Below are positions 1 through 9,817 of a stretch of 64,000 nucleotides of DNA, piece by piece. The notes below the pieces were generated by a model. It saw only the letters and a list, made by a program, of their open reading frames with translations, did not search any database and was not told the DNA's origin. A program made the position numbers and the translations under genes. Numbering within the stretch: the first letter of the stretch is position 1; each line of letters opens with the position of its first letter. The stretch lies in the NCBI GenBank assembly GCA_963701975.1, contig OY969692.1, positions 995,754-1,059,753 on the forward strand. The letters are read 5' to 3'. This stretch comes from an uncultured Gammaproteobacteria bacterium. GTDB lineage: Bacteria; Pseudomonadota; Gammaproteobacteria; Steroidobacterales; Steroidobacteraceae.

Positions 1-3000
1 ACGACGACCTATCGCGGTGATTCCGGCGGCGCCGGCAAGGATGGCGCGGACGGCATCAGCTTCTACCTGATGGATGGCGCCCAGCCGGCCGGCATCGGCG
101 CGTGGGGCGGCAGCCTGGCGTACAGCTGCTCGAACAGCAACACGCCGCACGATGGTCTCATCGGCGGCTACCTCGGCCTGGGCATCGATGAGTTCGGCAA
201 CTTCCTGAACGGCACCAAGCTCGAGCCCGGCTATGCCGGCGGCAACGTCGCGACCGGCGACAATACGGCGCTGGGCTACGGCTATCATCCGGGTCGCATC
301 GGCTTGCGCGGCGCGGGCAGTGTCGCCTTCAGTACACTGCACGCGCTCAACTCCGCCTATTACCCGGCGACGCTATCCGCCGCCAATCAGCAGGCCGCGG
401 TGCAGAACACCTGCAGCTCGGGTGTCCTGTGGAACTATTCCAATCCTGCCAGTCCGGTGAAGACCGCGACGGCGGTGGCGGATTACGCGCCGATCCTCAA
501 TGCCTACAAGGAACTGCCGGCGGGATTCCAGATCGCCAACGAGAGCGCGATGACGCGCGGCGCTGCGACGCCGATCACCTATGACCTGAAGATCACACCG
601 GCGGGATTGTTGAGCCTTTCGTACAGCTACAACGGCGGCGCCAGTCAGATCGTGATCAACAGTCAGGACATCACCGCGTCGAACGGCGCGCTGCCGGCGA
701 GCTTTCGCTTCGGCTTTGCCGGCTCCACCGGCGGTGATACCAACATTCACGAGATCCTGTGCTTCAGGGCGGTGCCGTTCGAGCAGTCGTCGAGCTCGGC
801 GGGTCTCAATCAGCAAGAGGCGTCGCAGGTGAACACCGGCACGCAGGTGTACCTGGCATTCTTCGACCCGAGCAACTGGTCCGGGTCGCTGACGTCGCAG
901 AGCGTGCTCTATAACTCGGCGACCCAGACGGTCAGCATCAATCCAGTGGCCAACTGGGATGCGTCCTGCGTCCTGACGGGTGTTGCCACCGGCAAGACCT
1001 GCAACGCCACCGGGGTCAGCGGGGCCACGGCGGCAGAAGCGCCGGGCGCTCGCAACATCATTACCTTCAACGGCACCAAGGGCGTTGCGTTCGAGTGGGC
1101 CAGTCTGACCGCGGCTCAACAGGCTGCGCTCGACGTCGGAGACGCGGCTCCGATCAATGCCAACCGGCTGAACTACCTGCGCGGCGATCGCACCAACGAG
1201 CAGAATGCGCTCGGCGTCGGGCTGTTTGGCGCGCGCGTGAGCGTGCTGGCCGACATCGTGGATTCCAGCCCGACGCCGGTGGGTCCGCCGACCCTGCCTT
1301 ACCCGCCGACGTGGTCGGACTTCCTGGTCAGCGGCCCGAGCCTGCCGGAGAACAGCGGCCAGACCTACCCGGCCTACGCGTTGGCTCAACAGGGGCGCCT
1401 GAACGTGGTCTATGCGGGCGCCAATGACGGCCTGCTGCACGCGTTCCGGTCCGGCTCGTTCGACGCCAACGGCAATTTTGTCAGCGGCGGCAGCACCCCG
1501 AACGATGGTTATGAAGTGCTGGCCTACATGCCGGGCGCGCTGCTGCAGAGTGCCGGGGCCGGCACCGGCGGCTGCGCCAACCTGAACGCCACCGGGTCGG
1601 TGGTTCAGAACATCCACGGCATGACGCCCGCGATCGGTGCCAATGCGACCTGCGTGCAGGCGGCCCTGGACTATTCGAACATCCAGTACGGCCACAATTT
1701 CTTCGTCGATGGGACGCCGGGTAGCGGCGACCTGTTCTACAACAATGCGTGGCATACCTGGCTCGTGGGCGGCCTCGGGCCTGGCGGCGCTGCGATCTAC
1801 GCGCTCGATGTCAGCAATCCGTCGAGCTTCACCGAGAGCAACGCCGCCGGCATCGTCGTCGGTGAATGGACCTCGGCAACGATCAGCTGCACCAACGTCG
1901 CCAACTGCGGCAACAACCTGGGCAACACCTACGGCACGCCGCAGATCCGGCGCTTCCACAACGGCATGTGGGGCGCGGTGTTCGGCAATGGCTTCGGCAG
2001 CGCCAGCGGCGATGCCGGTATCTTCGTGATGACCGTCGATTCGAGCAGCGGCGCCCGCACGTTCTATTACCTCAGCGCCGGCAAGGCGGGCAAGTCCGAC
2101 GGCATCGCCTACGCAGCCCCGGCAGATCTCGATGGCGATCACATCGTGGACTATGTGTACGCCGGCGACCTGCTCGGCAACGTCTGGCGCTTCGACCTGA
2201 CCAGCAGCAATCCGGCGCTGTGGGCCCTGTCTTCGGCAACCCCGCTGTTCACCACGGCTGCCGGCCAGCCGATCACGACCCAGGTGGTGCCGCTGGTCAC
2301 CACGCAGACCACGTCGCTGCCGCGAGTCATGGTCGCTTTCGGCACCGGCCGCCAGTTCCCGTTGACCAACGCTTCCCCGACCACGTACTCGACCGGCTCT
2401 CAGGCTCTGTACGGCATCTGGGACTGGAACATGAGCAGCTGGAACGGCAAGTCATCGCAGCAGTTCGCCAGCCTGACAGCGCCGCAATCGGTCACCACCG
2501 GCACGCTTGCGACGCAGAGCGTGCTTGGGACCTTTACCTCGAGCGCCGGCAACCAGTTCCGTACCATCAGCAGCAATCCGGTATGCTGGAGCGGTTCGAC
2601 CACCTGCGGCAGCGGCAACACCCAGTTTGGCTGGGTACTGGCTCTGCCCGGCGCCGCCGAGCAGGTGATTTTCAATCCGACGCTGCAGCTCGGCGTGTTC
2701 CTGGTGAACACCACGATTCCGCCCGCCACCGATCCGTATCAGTGCCTGGCGGCGACCACCTCGGGCTGGACCTTCGGCATAGCGCCGAGCAACGGCGGCA
2801 CTTTCAATACCTCCACCTTCGGTGACACCGTCAACAATTTCGTCACCTACAACAACCAGGTCGTCGGCGCCGAGTACACCAACGGCACCGGCAGTACCTC
2901 GGTGGTGCTCGCCGGCGGACACAGCTTCCTGGTCATGCAGACCAGCTCGCCGGGCAGCAGCGGCGGTAGCAGCGGCAGCGGCAGCAGCAGTGGCAGCAGC

Positions 3001-3090
3001 AGCGGCGGCACCACCGCCTCCGGCACGGCACTGCCGTTCAATGGACCCAATCCGCACAGCTCCCGTGTCACCTGGGTCGAGCGACGTTGA
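1..3090 (+). CDS. pilY1: Type IV pilus tip-associated protein PilY1, 5'-truncated by the window edge
   Basis: Frame 1 is open from nt 1, with no stop before the listed ATG at 70. It carries the PilY1 C-terminal Ca-binding loop DLDGDHIVDYVYAGDLLGNVWRFDL (nt 2125-2199). A pilin gene follows 21 nt downstream. Confidence 0.85.
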   Translation, partial: TTTYRGDSGGAGKDGADGISFYLMDGAQPAGIGAWGGSLAYSCSNSNTPHDGLIGGYLGLGIDEFGNFLNGTKLEPGYAGGNVATGDNTALGYGYHPGRIGLRGAGSVAFSTLHALNSAYYPATLSAANQQAAVQNTCSSGVLWNYSNPASPVKTATAVADYAPILNAYKELPAGFQIANESAMTRGAATPITYDLKITPAGLLSLSYSYNGGASQIVINSQDITASNGALPASFRFGFAGSTGGDTNIHEILCFRAVPFEQSSSSAGLNQQEASQVNTGTQVYLAFFDPSNWSGSLTSQSVLYNSATQTVSINPVANWDASCVLTGVATGKTCNATGVSGATAAEAPGARNIITFNGTKGVAFEWASLTAAQQAALDVGDAAPINANRLNYLRGDRTNEQNALGVGLFGARVSVLADIVDSSPTPVGPPTLPYPPTWSDFLVSGPSLPENSGQTYPAYALAQQGRLNVVYAGANDGLLHAFRSGSFDANGNFVSGGSTPNDGYEVLAYMPGALLQSAGAGTGGCANLNATGSVVQNIHGMTPAIGANATCVQAALDYSNIQYGHNFFVDGTPGSGDLFYNNAWHTWLVGGLGPGGAAIYALDVSNPSSFTESNAAGIVVGEWTSATISCTNVANCGNNLGNTYGTPQIRRFHNGMWGAVFGNGFGSASGDAGIFVMTVDSSSGARTFYYLSAGKAGKSDGIAYAAPADLDGDHIVDYVYAGDLLGNVWRFDLTSSNPALWALSSATPLFTTAAGQPITTQVVPLVTTQTTSLPRVMVAFGTGRQFPLTNASPTTYSTGSQALYGIWDWNMSSWNGKSSQQFASLTAPQSVTTGTLATQSVLGTFTSSAGNQFRTISSNPVCWSGSTTCGSGNTQFGWVLALPGAAEQVIFNPTLQLGVFLVNTTIPPATDPYQCLAATTSGWTFGIAPSNGGTFNTSTFGDTVNNFVTYNNQVVGAEYTNGTGSTSVVLAGGHSFLVMQTSSPGSSGGSSGSGSSSGSSSGGTTASGTALPFNGPNPHSSRVTWVERR

Positions 3091-3111
3091 GACGTTGACA
3101 GGAAACGCCCC

Positions 3112-3597
3112 ATGAAAGCCAGCCATCTTGCATCCGCCATCGAGCCGTCGCCGGGGTTCAGCCTGATCGAGCTCATGATCGTGCTCGCGATCGGGGCGCT
3201 GCTGGCAGCGATCGCGCTGCCGATGTACACCAAGCAGGTGCAACATTCGCGGCGCGTGGAGGCACGTACCGCGCTGCTGGACATTGCCGGACGCGAGGAA
3301 CGCTATCTGAGCGTCTCGGGCAGCTACACCACGCTGCCGGCCAATCTCGGCTATGCGGCCGGCGCGCCGGCGTTTCCGATGGCGGTCGGCAGCGGCTACT
3401 ACCAGGTCAACGTCGCCGTGGCGGTGCCCGCGGCTCCCAACCCGCCGACGTACACCGTGTCCGCGACCCCGACTGCCGGCTCGAGTCAGCTCAAAGACCT
3501 CCAATGCCTGTACTTCAGCGTCAACAACACCGGCAAGCAGTTCTCGTCCGCCACCGGCGCCGCCGGCGCCGATACTTCGGCCACCTGCTGGCAGTAG
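3112..3597 (+). CDS. pilE: Type IV pilin (PilE-like)
   Basis: Prepilin signature SPG/FSLIELMIVLAIGALLAAIALPMY, with a G-F cleavage and N-methylation site and Glu at +5. There is a C-terminal Cys pair (QCLYF...ATCWQ). 161 aa. Confidence 0.85.
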   Translation: MKASHLASAIEPSPGFSLIELMIVLAIGALLAAIALPMYTKQVQHSRRVEARTALLDIAGREERYLSVSGSYTTLPANLGYAAGAPAFPMAVGSGYYQVNVAVAVPAAPNPPTYTVSATPTAGSSQLKDLQCLYFSVNNTGKQFSSATGAAGADTSATCWQ

Positions 3598-3681
3598 GCT
3601 GGCACTGCAGGCTCGACGGCGGCGCGTGACCGCCGCCAGGCAAGCCCGATATGATGTGCTGCGCGGCACGCGAAGCACCGG

Positions 3682-4233
3682 ATGCTCGGCAAGCACAGTA
3701 TCTTTCTGATCGGTCCGATGGGCTCGGGCAAGACCGCGGTGGCCAGGTGCCTGGCGCGGCTGCTCGACCAGCCGTTCTTCGATAGCGACCACGAGATCGA
3801 GCAGCGCAGCGGCGCCGACGTACCGCTGATCTTCGAGCGCGAGGGGGAGGCGGGCTTCCGCCGCCGCGAGCGCGAGGTCATCGCCGAACTCACCAGCCGC
3901 CCGCGCATCGTGCTCGCGACCGGCGGCGGCGCGATCCTCGACCCGGACAATCGCCGCGACCTCGCCGGCCGCGGCTGGGTGGTCTATCTCGAGACTTCGA
4001 TCGCGCAGCAGGCCGAGCGTGCCGGTCGCACGCGTCACCGGCCGTTGTTGCACGGGGCTGATCCGATGCTGCGTCTCGAGGAGCTGATGCGCGTGCGCGA
4101 GCCGCTGTATCGCGAAATCGCCGACCTGCGGTTGCCGACCGATCGGCGGCGGGTACGCTCGGTGGCCGAGCGCATTGCGCAGGAGTACCGGGCGATGCTG
4201 CGTCGGCCGGCGCCGACTGCCCAGCATCCCTAA
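3682..4233 (+). CDS. aroK: Shikimate kinase
   Basis: Walker A GPMGSGKT, followed by FFDSDHEIEQRSG and GEAGFRRRE. 183 aa, immediately upstream of aroB. Confidence 0.9.
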   Translation: MLGKHSIFLIGPMGSGKTAVARCLARLLDQPFFDSDHEIEQRSGADVPLIFEREGEAGFRRREREVIAELTSRPRIVLATGGGAILDPDNRRDLAGRGWVVYLETSIAQQAERAGRTRHRPLLHGADPMLRLEELMRVREPLYREIADLRLPTDRRRVRSVAERIAQEYRAMLRRPAPTAQHP

Positions 4234-4332
4234 CCGATCTGCTGCCGCTACCGCTCTCACAGTGGTTCCGATAGAACATCGGACGGCCGCCGGCGGTCGG
4301 CGCCGGGCGATCGAAGTATACTGCTCGGCGCA

Positions 4333-5409
4333 ATGCACACCGTCACCGTCGCCTTGAGCGAGCGCTCCTATCCGATCCTGATCGGCGCCGGGCTGCTGCG
4401 CTCGCGCGAGCTGCTCGGCACCTACGTGGCCGGGCGCGACGCGGTGCTGATCAGCAACACCGTGGTCGGGCCGCTGTACGCCGAGCCGCTCAAGCAGCAG
4501 CTTGCGGCACGACGCGTGGTGGAAGTGATCCTGCCCGACGGTGAGCAGCACAAGACGCTCGGCACCGCGAGCCGCGTGTTCGACGTGATGATTGCCAATC
4601 GCGTGGGGCGCGACGCGGTGGTGCTGGCGCTGGGCGGCGGGGTCATCGGCGATCTGGCCGGCTTCGTCGCCGCCTGCTATCAGCGCGGCATCGACCTGGT
4701 GCAGATCCCGACCACGCTGCTCGCGGACGTGGATTCCTCGGTGGGCGGCAAGACCGCCGTCAATCACCCGGGCGGCAAGAACATGATCGGCGCGTTTCAC
4801 CAGCCGCGCGCCGTGATCGCCGACACCGACCTGCTGCAGAGCCTGCCGGATCGCGAGCTGCGCGCGGGACTGGCCGAGGTCATCAAGTACGGACTGATCT
4901 GCGACCCGGCGTTCTTCGACTGGATCGAGGCCAACATCGACGCGCTGCTGGCGCGCTCGTCTGAGGCCCTGAGCCTGGCGATCCACCGCTCATGCCAGAT
5001 CAAGGCCCAGATCGTCGCCCGCGATGAGCGCGAACAGGGGGAGCGCGCGCTGCTCAATCTCGGCCACACTTTCGGTCACGCGATCGAATCGGCGACCGGC
5101 TACGTGGAATGGCAGCACGGCGAGGCCGTCGGCACCGGCATGCTGATGGCCGCGGAGATGTCGCAGCGGCTGGGCAATCTCGATGCCTCGGTGGTGGCGC
5201 GCCTGCGCGCGCTGCTGCAGCGGGCCGGTCTGCCGGTCGAGCCGCCGCGTATCGGCGCCGCGCGCGCGTTCGACTACATGCGCGTGGACAAGAAGGTGCA
5301 TGCCGGCCGGGTGCGACTGGTGCTGCTGGCGGGGCTCGGCCGCGCGGTCGTGACCAGCGACTATCCGGACGCCGCGCTGCGCGACACGCTGGCGGCGCAT
5401 TTCGGATGA
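4333..5409 (+). CDS. aroB: 3-dehydroquinate synthase
   Basis: 358 aa with [40 protein letters not shown] and [11 protein letters not shown] motifs. Confidence 0.93.
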   Translation: MHTVTVALSERSYPILIGAGLLRSRELLGTYVAGRDAVLISNTVVGPLYAEPLKQQLAARRVVEVILPDGEQHKTLGTASRVFDVMIANRVGRDAVVLALGGGVIGDLAGFVAACYQRGIDLVQIPTTLLADVDSSVGGKTAVNHPGGKNMIGAFHQPRAVIADTDLLQSLPDRELRAGLAEVIKYGLICDPAFFDWIEANIDALLARSSEALSLAIHRSCQIKAQIVARDEREQGERALLNLGHTFGHAIESATGYVEWQHGEAVGTGMLMAAEMSQRLGNLDASVVARLRALLQRAGLPVEPPRIGAARAFDYMRVDKKVHAGRVRLVLLAGLGRAVVTSDYPDAALRDTLAAHFG

Positions 5410-6563
5410 CCGGCGGCGGTCTGGCGCCCTACGCCGCGGACGATGCGCTCAGCCGCGGCCGCCGCCATGCCGAGCCGCCGCCGCAGTATCGCAGCGAGTT
5501 TCAGCGCGACCGCGATCGCATCATCCACTCCAACGCGTTCCGGCGCCTGGCCTACAAGACCCAGGTGTTCGTCAATCACGAAGGCGACCTGTTCCGCACG
5601 CGCGTGACCCACTCGATCGAGGTGGCGCAGATCGGCCGCTCGATCGCGCGCGCGCTCTCGCTCAACGAGACCCTCACCGAAGCCATCGCGCTGGCGCACG
5701 ATCTGGGCCACACGCCGTTCGGCCACGCGGGCCAGGATGCGCTCAACGAATGCATGCGTGACTACGGCGGCTTCGAGCACAATCTGCAATCGCTGCGCAC
5801 GGTCGATGAGCTCGAGGAACGCTACGCACTGTTCCCGGGCCTGAACCTGACCTTCGAATGCCGCGAGGGCATTCTGAAGCACTGCGCGCTGGCCAAGGCG
5901 CGCGAGCTCGGCGATGTCGGTGAGCGCTTCGTGCAGCGGCGGCAGCCGGGCCTCGAGGCGCAGCTCGCCAACCTCGCCGACGAGATCGCCTATAACAATC
6001 ATGACGTCGACGATGGCATCCGGGCCGGACTGATCACGCTGGAGGAGGCCGCGCAGGTGCCGCTGGTGCAGCGCCAGTTCGACCAGGTGATGCGACTGCA
6101 TCCGGATCTGCAGGGCCGGCGTCGCGTGCACGAGACGGTGCGGCGCATGGTCAACGCGGTGGTGATCGACGTGATCGAGTCGAGCCTGGAACGCATCCGC
6201 CGGGCGCAGCCGCGCGACATCGACGCGGTGCGCGCGCTCGGCGAGCCATTGATCGGCATGAGTGATGCGATGCGCGAGCAGCACCTGGAGCTCAAGCGGT
6301 TCCTGCGCGAGCAGGTGTACCGGCACCAGCGCGTGCTGCGGATGACCACCAAGGCCAAGCGCGTGCTGAGTGCGTTGTTCAACGCCTTCATGGATGAGAT
6401 CAAGCTGATGCCGGCGGAGCATCGCGACACGGCGCAGCGCGCCGAGCAGCGCGACGGCGTGGCCGGCCGCGCCCGCACCGTGGCCGATTATGTCGCCGGC
6501 ATGACCGATCGCTATGCGATCATCGAGTACCGCCGCCTGTTCGACCCGGCCGAGCGCACCTAG
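5406..6563 (+). CDS. dgt: dGTP triphosphohydrolase-like HD-domain protein
   Basis: HD-domain motifs [10 protein letters not shown] and [14 protein letters not shown]. The ATG at 5406 overlaps the aroB stop (ATGA). The Arg/Ala-rich 99-codon extension of the listed ORF (from 5109) overlaps aroB and was trimmed. Confidence 0.88.
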   Translation: MTGGGLAPYAADDALSRGRRHAEPPPQYRSEFQRDRDRIIHSNAFRRLAYKTQVFVNHEGDLFRTRVTHSIEVAQIGRSIARALSLNETLTEAIALAHDLGHTPFGHAGQDALNECMRDYGGFEHNLQSLRTVDELEERYALFPGLNLTFECREGILKHCALAKARELGDVGERFVQRRQPGLEAQLANLADEIAYNNHDVDDGIRAGLITLEEAAQVPLVQRQFDQVMRLHPDLQGRRRVHETVRRMVNAVVIDVIESSLERIRRAQPRDIDAVRALGEPLIGMSDAMREQHLELKRFLREQVYRHQRVLRMTTKAKRVLSALFNAFMDEIKLMPAEHRDTAQRAEQRDGVAGRARTVADYVAGMTDRYAIIEYRRLFDPAERT

Positions 6564-6630
6564 GAACAGATGATAGAATCGTTGCGCGCGCGCCGATCGC
6601 TGCCGGCAAGCAAGAATCGTGGAGATGCAG

Positions 6631-7367
6631 ATGCGCACTGAAACGGCCGCCCGGGAACGACTGATCGTGGCCCTGGACGTCGACACGCTGCCGGAGGCGC
6701 TGGCGATCGTCAGCGGCCTGGGCAACGACGTCAGCTTCTACAAGGTGGGCCTGCAGTTGTTCATGGCCGGCGGGCTCGACATCGTCCGGCGCATCGTCGA
6801 GCAGGGCAAGAAAGTGTTCCTGGATCTGAAGATCGACGACACGCCGCGCACCATTCAGGAGGCGGTCCGGGTCAGCGCGATCGATGGCGTCGAATTCTTC
6901 ACGCTGCAGGGCAATGCCCAGACCGTGCGCGCCGCGAAGGCGGGCCGCGCGTCGCGACGGCTCCAAAGTTTCTGCAGGTAACGTATCTGTCGAGTTGGGA
7001 TACATCAGATCTGCTGGAGCATCTGCACATCGATCCGGGCTCGGACAAGGCCTCGATCGACGATCAGGTCGTGAACCGCGCGCGGCGCATCCTGGAATCC
7101 GGCTGCGATGGTGTGATCGCCTCGGGCAGTTCCGTGAGCCGGCTGCGGCGTGAATTTCCCAGCCTGCTGATCGTCACGCCCGGCATCCGGCCGTCCGGCA
7201 GCAGCAGCGATGATCACAAGCGCTCGATGACGCCGTTTGAAGCCATCCGGGCCGGGGCCGACTACCTGGTCGTGGGCCGGCCGATCCGCGCCTCGAGCGA
7301 CCCAAAGGGCGCCGCGCACCGCATCCAGGAAGAGATCGAACAGGCGCTGCGCGGCCAGGCGGCCTGA
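6631..7367 (+). pseudogene. pyrF: Orotidine-5'-phosphate decarboxylase, split by a -1 frame change near nt 6940-6965 (pseudogene or assembly indel)
   Basis: The N-terminal half is in frame 1 (RLIVALDV...FYKVGLQLF...VFLDLKIDDTPRT). The C-terminal half is in frame 3 (PKFLQVTYLSSWD...VIASG...TPGIRP...YLVVGRPI). The span is 737 nt, i.e. 3n+2. GGAG lies 6 nt before the ATG at 6631. Confidence 0.75.
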
Positions 7368-7397
7368 GCCGCGGGTGATGCGCGATCTGCCGGCCCG

Positions 7398-7751
7398 CTA
7401 CTTGGCGCTCTTGGTCGTGTACCAGATTTGCGGTGCGCCCTTGACGCCCGACTTCTCCATCGCGGCCTTCAGCTGCGCCGAGGCGGCAAATGCCTTGGCC
7501 TTATCCAGGCTGTGAAAATCGTGAATCACCGTCACGTCATTCGGATTCTCGGTGGATTGATACACCGCCTGATACGTGACCCCTAGTTTCTTCTGGGTCG
7601 CTGCAAAGCTGTCGTAGACCTTTCTCCAGGCGCCATAGTCCGCGACTTCATGGCGCACGAACATTCGCACGTCCGCGGCGCGCGCCACCCCGATGGCGCC
7701 GAGCAGTGCCACCGCCGCGATCGCGGCAGCCAACCAGTTCCTGATCTTCAT
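7398..7751 (-). CDS. Small secreted protein, function unknown
   Basis: The internal ATG at 7751 is preceded by GGGAGGG. Signal peptide MKIRNWLAAAIAAVALLGAIGVARA. 117 aa. It is the last gene of the tesA-fadD same-strand run. Confidence 0.6.
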   Translation of the reverse strand: MKIRNWLAAAIAAVALLGAIGVARAADVRMFVRHEVADYGAWRKVYDSFAATQKKLGVTYQAVYQSTENPNDVTVIHDFHSLDKAKAFAASAQLKAAMEKSGVKGAPQIWYTTKSAK

Positions 7752-7786
7752 TCGGGTACCCTCCCTGTCGTTCGAGCGCGGGCATG

Positions 7787-9817
7787 TTACCGCATCGCGT
7801 AGTCCCATTCCTCGACGGCGCTTCGCAGCAGCGCGGCACGGTCCTCGGCCAGCAGGTAGCGCTCGCGGATCAGGCCATCGAGGGCGGCGCTGTAGCGCTT
7901 CAGGTAGTCAGCCTTGTCGCGGTAGCGCTCGCTCACCGACAGCCGCGGGTCGCCCGAGAGCTGCCGCGTTGCGGCGTCCTTTGCAAACGGCAGGAACGAG
8001 CCCTCGAAGGACACGCGCTGGTCCGGGGCCCCGATCGCGGGGTCGCGCAGATTCCACGGCGTGTAGGTCGCGAGCGGCGCGGAGAACTCCGGCAGACGGA
8101 TCCCGCCACGTTCGTTCCCGTCCTGATCCACTTGTGGCACCAGCACCGGAAACGCCTGGCCGAGGGTCGGTGGCTGCAGCTCCTGTACGCCTTGGCGAAA
8201 GCGTGGACCGAAGTCGATGCGCCAGGCCTGGCTCGGATCGTGCGGCGCGCCGCTCCCGGGGATGTTCGGAAAGGCGTATTGCCCGACCGGTACCAGTGTG
8301 CCGTCATCGATGCGCGGGTACCGACTGGGCGGCGGCGGAGTCGCCGCGCGCAGCCAGGCGTCCATGTTGGCGATCATCGCGCGCCAGAAGTACTTCACCG
8401 GCAGCGGGCTCTCCGGCTGCTGGCCGAGCAGATCGGCGTCGCCCCGGGCGGGCGGCCACCCGCCACTGAAGTGCTGCAGGCCGGTAAAATGATAGACGCG
8501 CACGCTCGGCGACAGCGCGATGTCGCGCTGCCCGTCGGCGCTGGTCGTGATCAGCGCTGCGACCCGCCCCCAGTATTCGTAACTGGTATTGGACAGGAAC
8601 AGCTTCGGCACCGCGCGCTGCTCGATCGCTCGAACCAGCAGCCCATCGCGCTGCCCCGTGACCGGATCGGCCTCGGGGAGGTCGGTGAATGGAAACATGT
8701 CCGTAGGAAAGGCGATCGACGAGGTTGGTTGCGCGTCGCGCGAGGGCTGAGCGAACCGGACATTGAAGCTGCCGCGGCCCGCCCCCGCGACGTGCGCGAG
8801 CACGCCGTCGAGCGCGATTCGGCCGTGTTCATCCGCATCGAAGCCCTGGTAGAGCATGTCTCGCAGGAATCGCCCATCCTGCGAGATGCCCGCGCCGATC
8901 ACGCGGCGCGCGCTCACGATCGCCCGCGGCGAGTGCTTGACGTAGGAAGCGAAGTCGCGCACCGCGGCGAATCCGAGGCCGGCGACGACCGGATCGGCCA
9001 CCGCATAGATGTACTCGTAGATCTGTCCGGCCTTGAAGCCGCCGTCCAGGTGGATATGGCGCCGGCTCGGTTCCAGACGGCCGTTGGTCACGTGGGCAAA
9101 ACTCCACTGGTCGCGTGGAATCAGCACTCGTTCTGCAGCAGGTGATGCGCGCACCGTGAGGCTATTGCGCGGGTCATCCGGCGCTGCCACCGGATATTCG
9201 GCGCCGCCAATCGTGCCGATGATCAGGTGTCCGAGCGGTATGTCCTCCATCGCCTGCGGCGGCATCACGTCGCCCCGAATCAGGCCGGTCATGGTTTGGC
9301 CGTGATCGCGGGCGATCGGGGCATACAGTCGCAGCGCGCTGCGGCCGCTCGCATCCCACTGCCAGCCCAGCGATGCGAACGAGTAACCGTTGCGCAGCAG
9401 CCAGCCGTCGCCTGCGTCCGCAGCCACGTCGTGGTCGCCGCCGTCAACGATCCGCACGATGCCCGACCGTCCGCGATTGGGAACCTCGAGCAGCAGCGTG
9501 CCGTTGCCCTTCGCGGCATCCTTCGGCCGCAGGATCATCACGTCGGCCGAAAACTCGACCGCACCGTCCTTCAGGTTGACCGCGTCGGCCAGATCGACGA
9601 TCGACCGGTTACGCGGATTCGCGACCGGCACTGCAAAGATCACGCGTCCGGTGATGCGCTCGTAGGCGCCAGTGCGCTCGAAGCCGACGCCGCCGAGGAC
9701 ATCCTCACGCGAGGTCACCTCGACGCGCAGCACGTGGCCGTAGGCGGCGCTCGCGCACAGCAGCGCGGCCGCGATCAGCGTGCCGACGCGGCCGAACCCC
9801 GACACCGGATGCTTCAC
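7787..9817 (-). CDS. Secreted 676-aa protein, possibly alpha/beta-hydrolase fold; function unknown
   Basis: N-terminal signal peptide (GTLIAAALLCASAAYG). The GTG start overlaps the fadD stop (GTGA). Coding-like composition throughout. Confidence 0.6.
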   Translation of the reverse strand: MKHPVSGFGRVGTLIAAALLCASAAYGHVLRVEVTSREDVLGGVGFERTGAYERITGRVIFAVPVANPRNRSIVDLADAVNLKDGAVEFSADVMILRPKDAAKGNGTLLLEVPNRGRSGIVRIVDGGDHDVAADAGDGWLLRNGYSFASLGWQWDASGRSALRLYAPIARDHGQTMTGLIRGDVMPPQAMEDIPLGHLIIGTIGGAEYPVAAPDDPRNSLTVRASPAAERVLIPRDQWSFAHVTNGRLEPSRRHIHLDGGFKAGQIYEYIYAVADPVVAGLGFAAVRDFASYVKHSPRAIVSARRVIGAGISQDGRFLRDMLYQGFDADEHGRIALDGVLAHVAGAGRGSFNVRFAQPSRDAQPTSSIAFPTDMFPFTDLPEADPVTGQRDGLLVRAIEQRAVPKLFLSNTSYEYWGRVAALITTSADGQRDIALSPSVRVYHFTGLQHFSGGWPPARGDADLLGQQPESPLPVKYFWRAMIANMDAWLRAATPPPPSRYPRIDDGTLVPVGQYAFPNIPGSGAPHDPSQAWRIDFGPRFRQGVQELQPPTLGQAFPVLVPQVDQDGNERGGIRLPEFSAPLATYTPWNLRDPAIGAPDQRVSFEGSFLPFAKDAATRQLSGDPRLSVSERYRDKADYLKRYSAALDGLIRERYLLAEDRAALLRSAVEEWDYAMR

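Noticed and set aside
373-2142. 589-aa ORF on the minus strand, antisense to pilY1
   Set aside because: It has the Arg/Ala/Gly-rich composition typical of shadow ORFs in high-GC DNA. It fully overlaps a gene with clear PilY1 motifs and has no recognisable domain.
2452-4986. 844-aa ORF on the minus strand spanning pilY1, pilE, aroK and aroB
   Set aside because: It crosses four well-supported plus-strand genes and two intergenic regions. Its composition is low-complexity and Arg/Ala-rich.
5109-5405. 99-codon N-terminal extension of the dgt ORF overlapping aroB
   Set aside because: Arg/Ala/Gly-rich and out of frame with aroB over ~300 nt. The HD-domain homology starts after the ATGA-coupled ATG at 5406.
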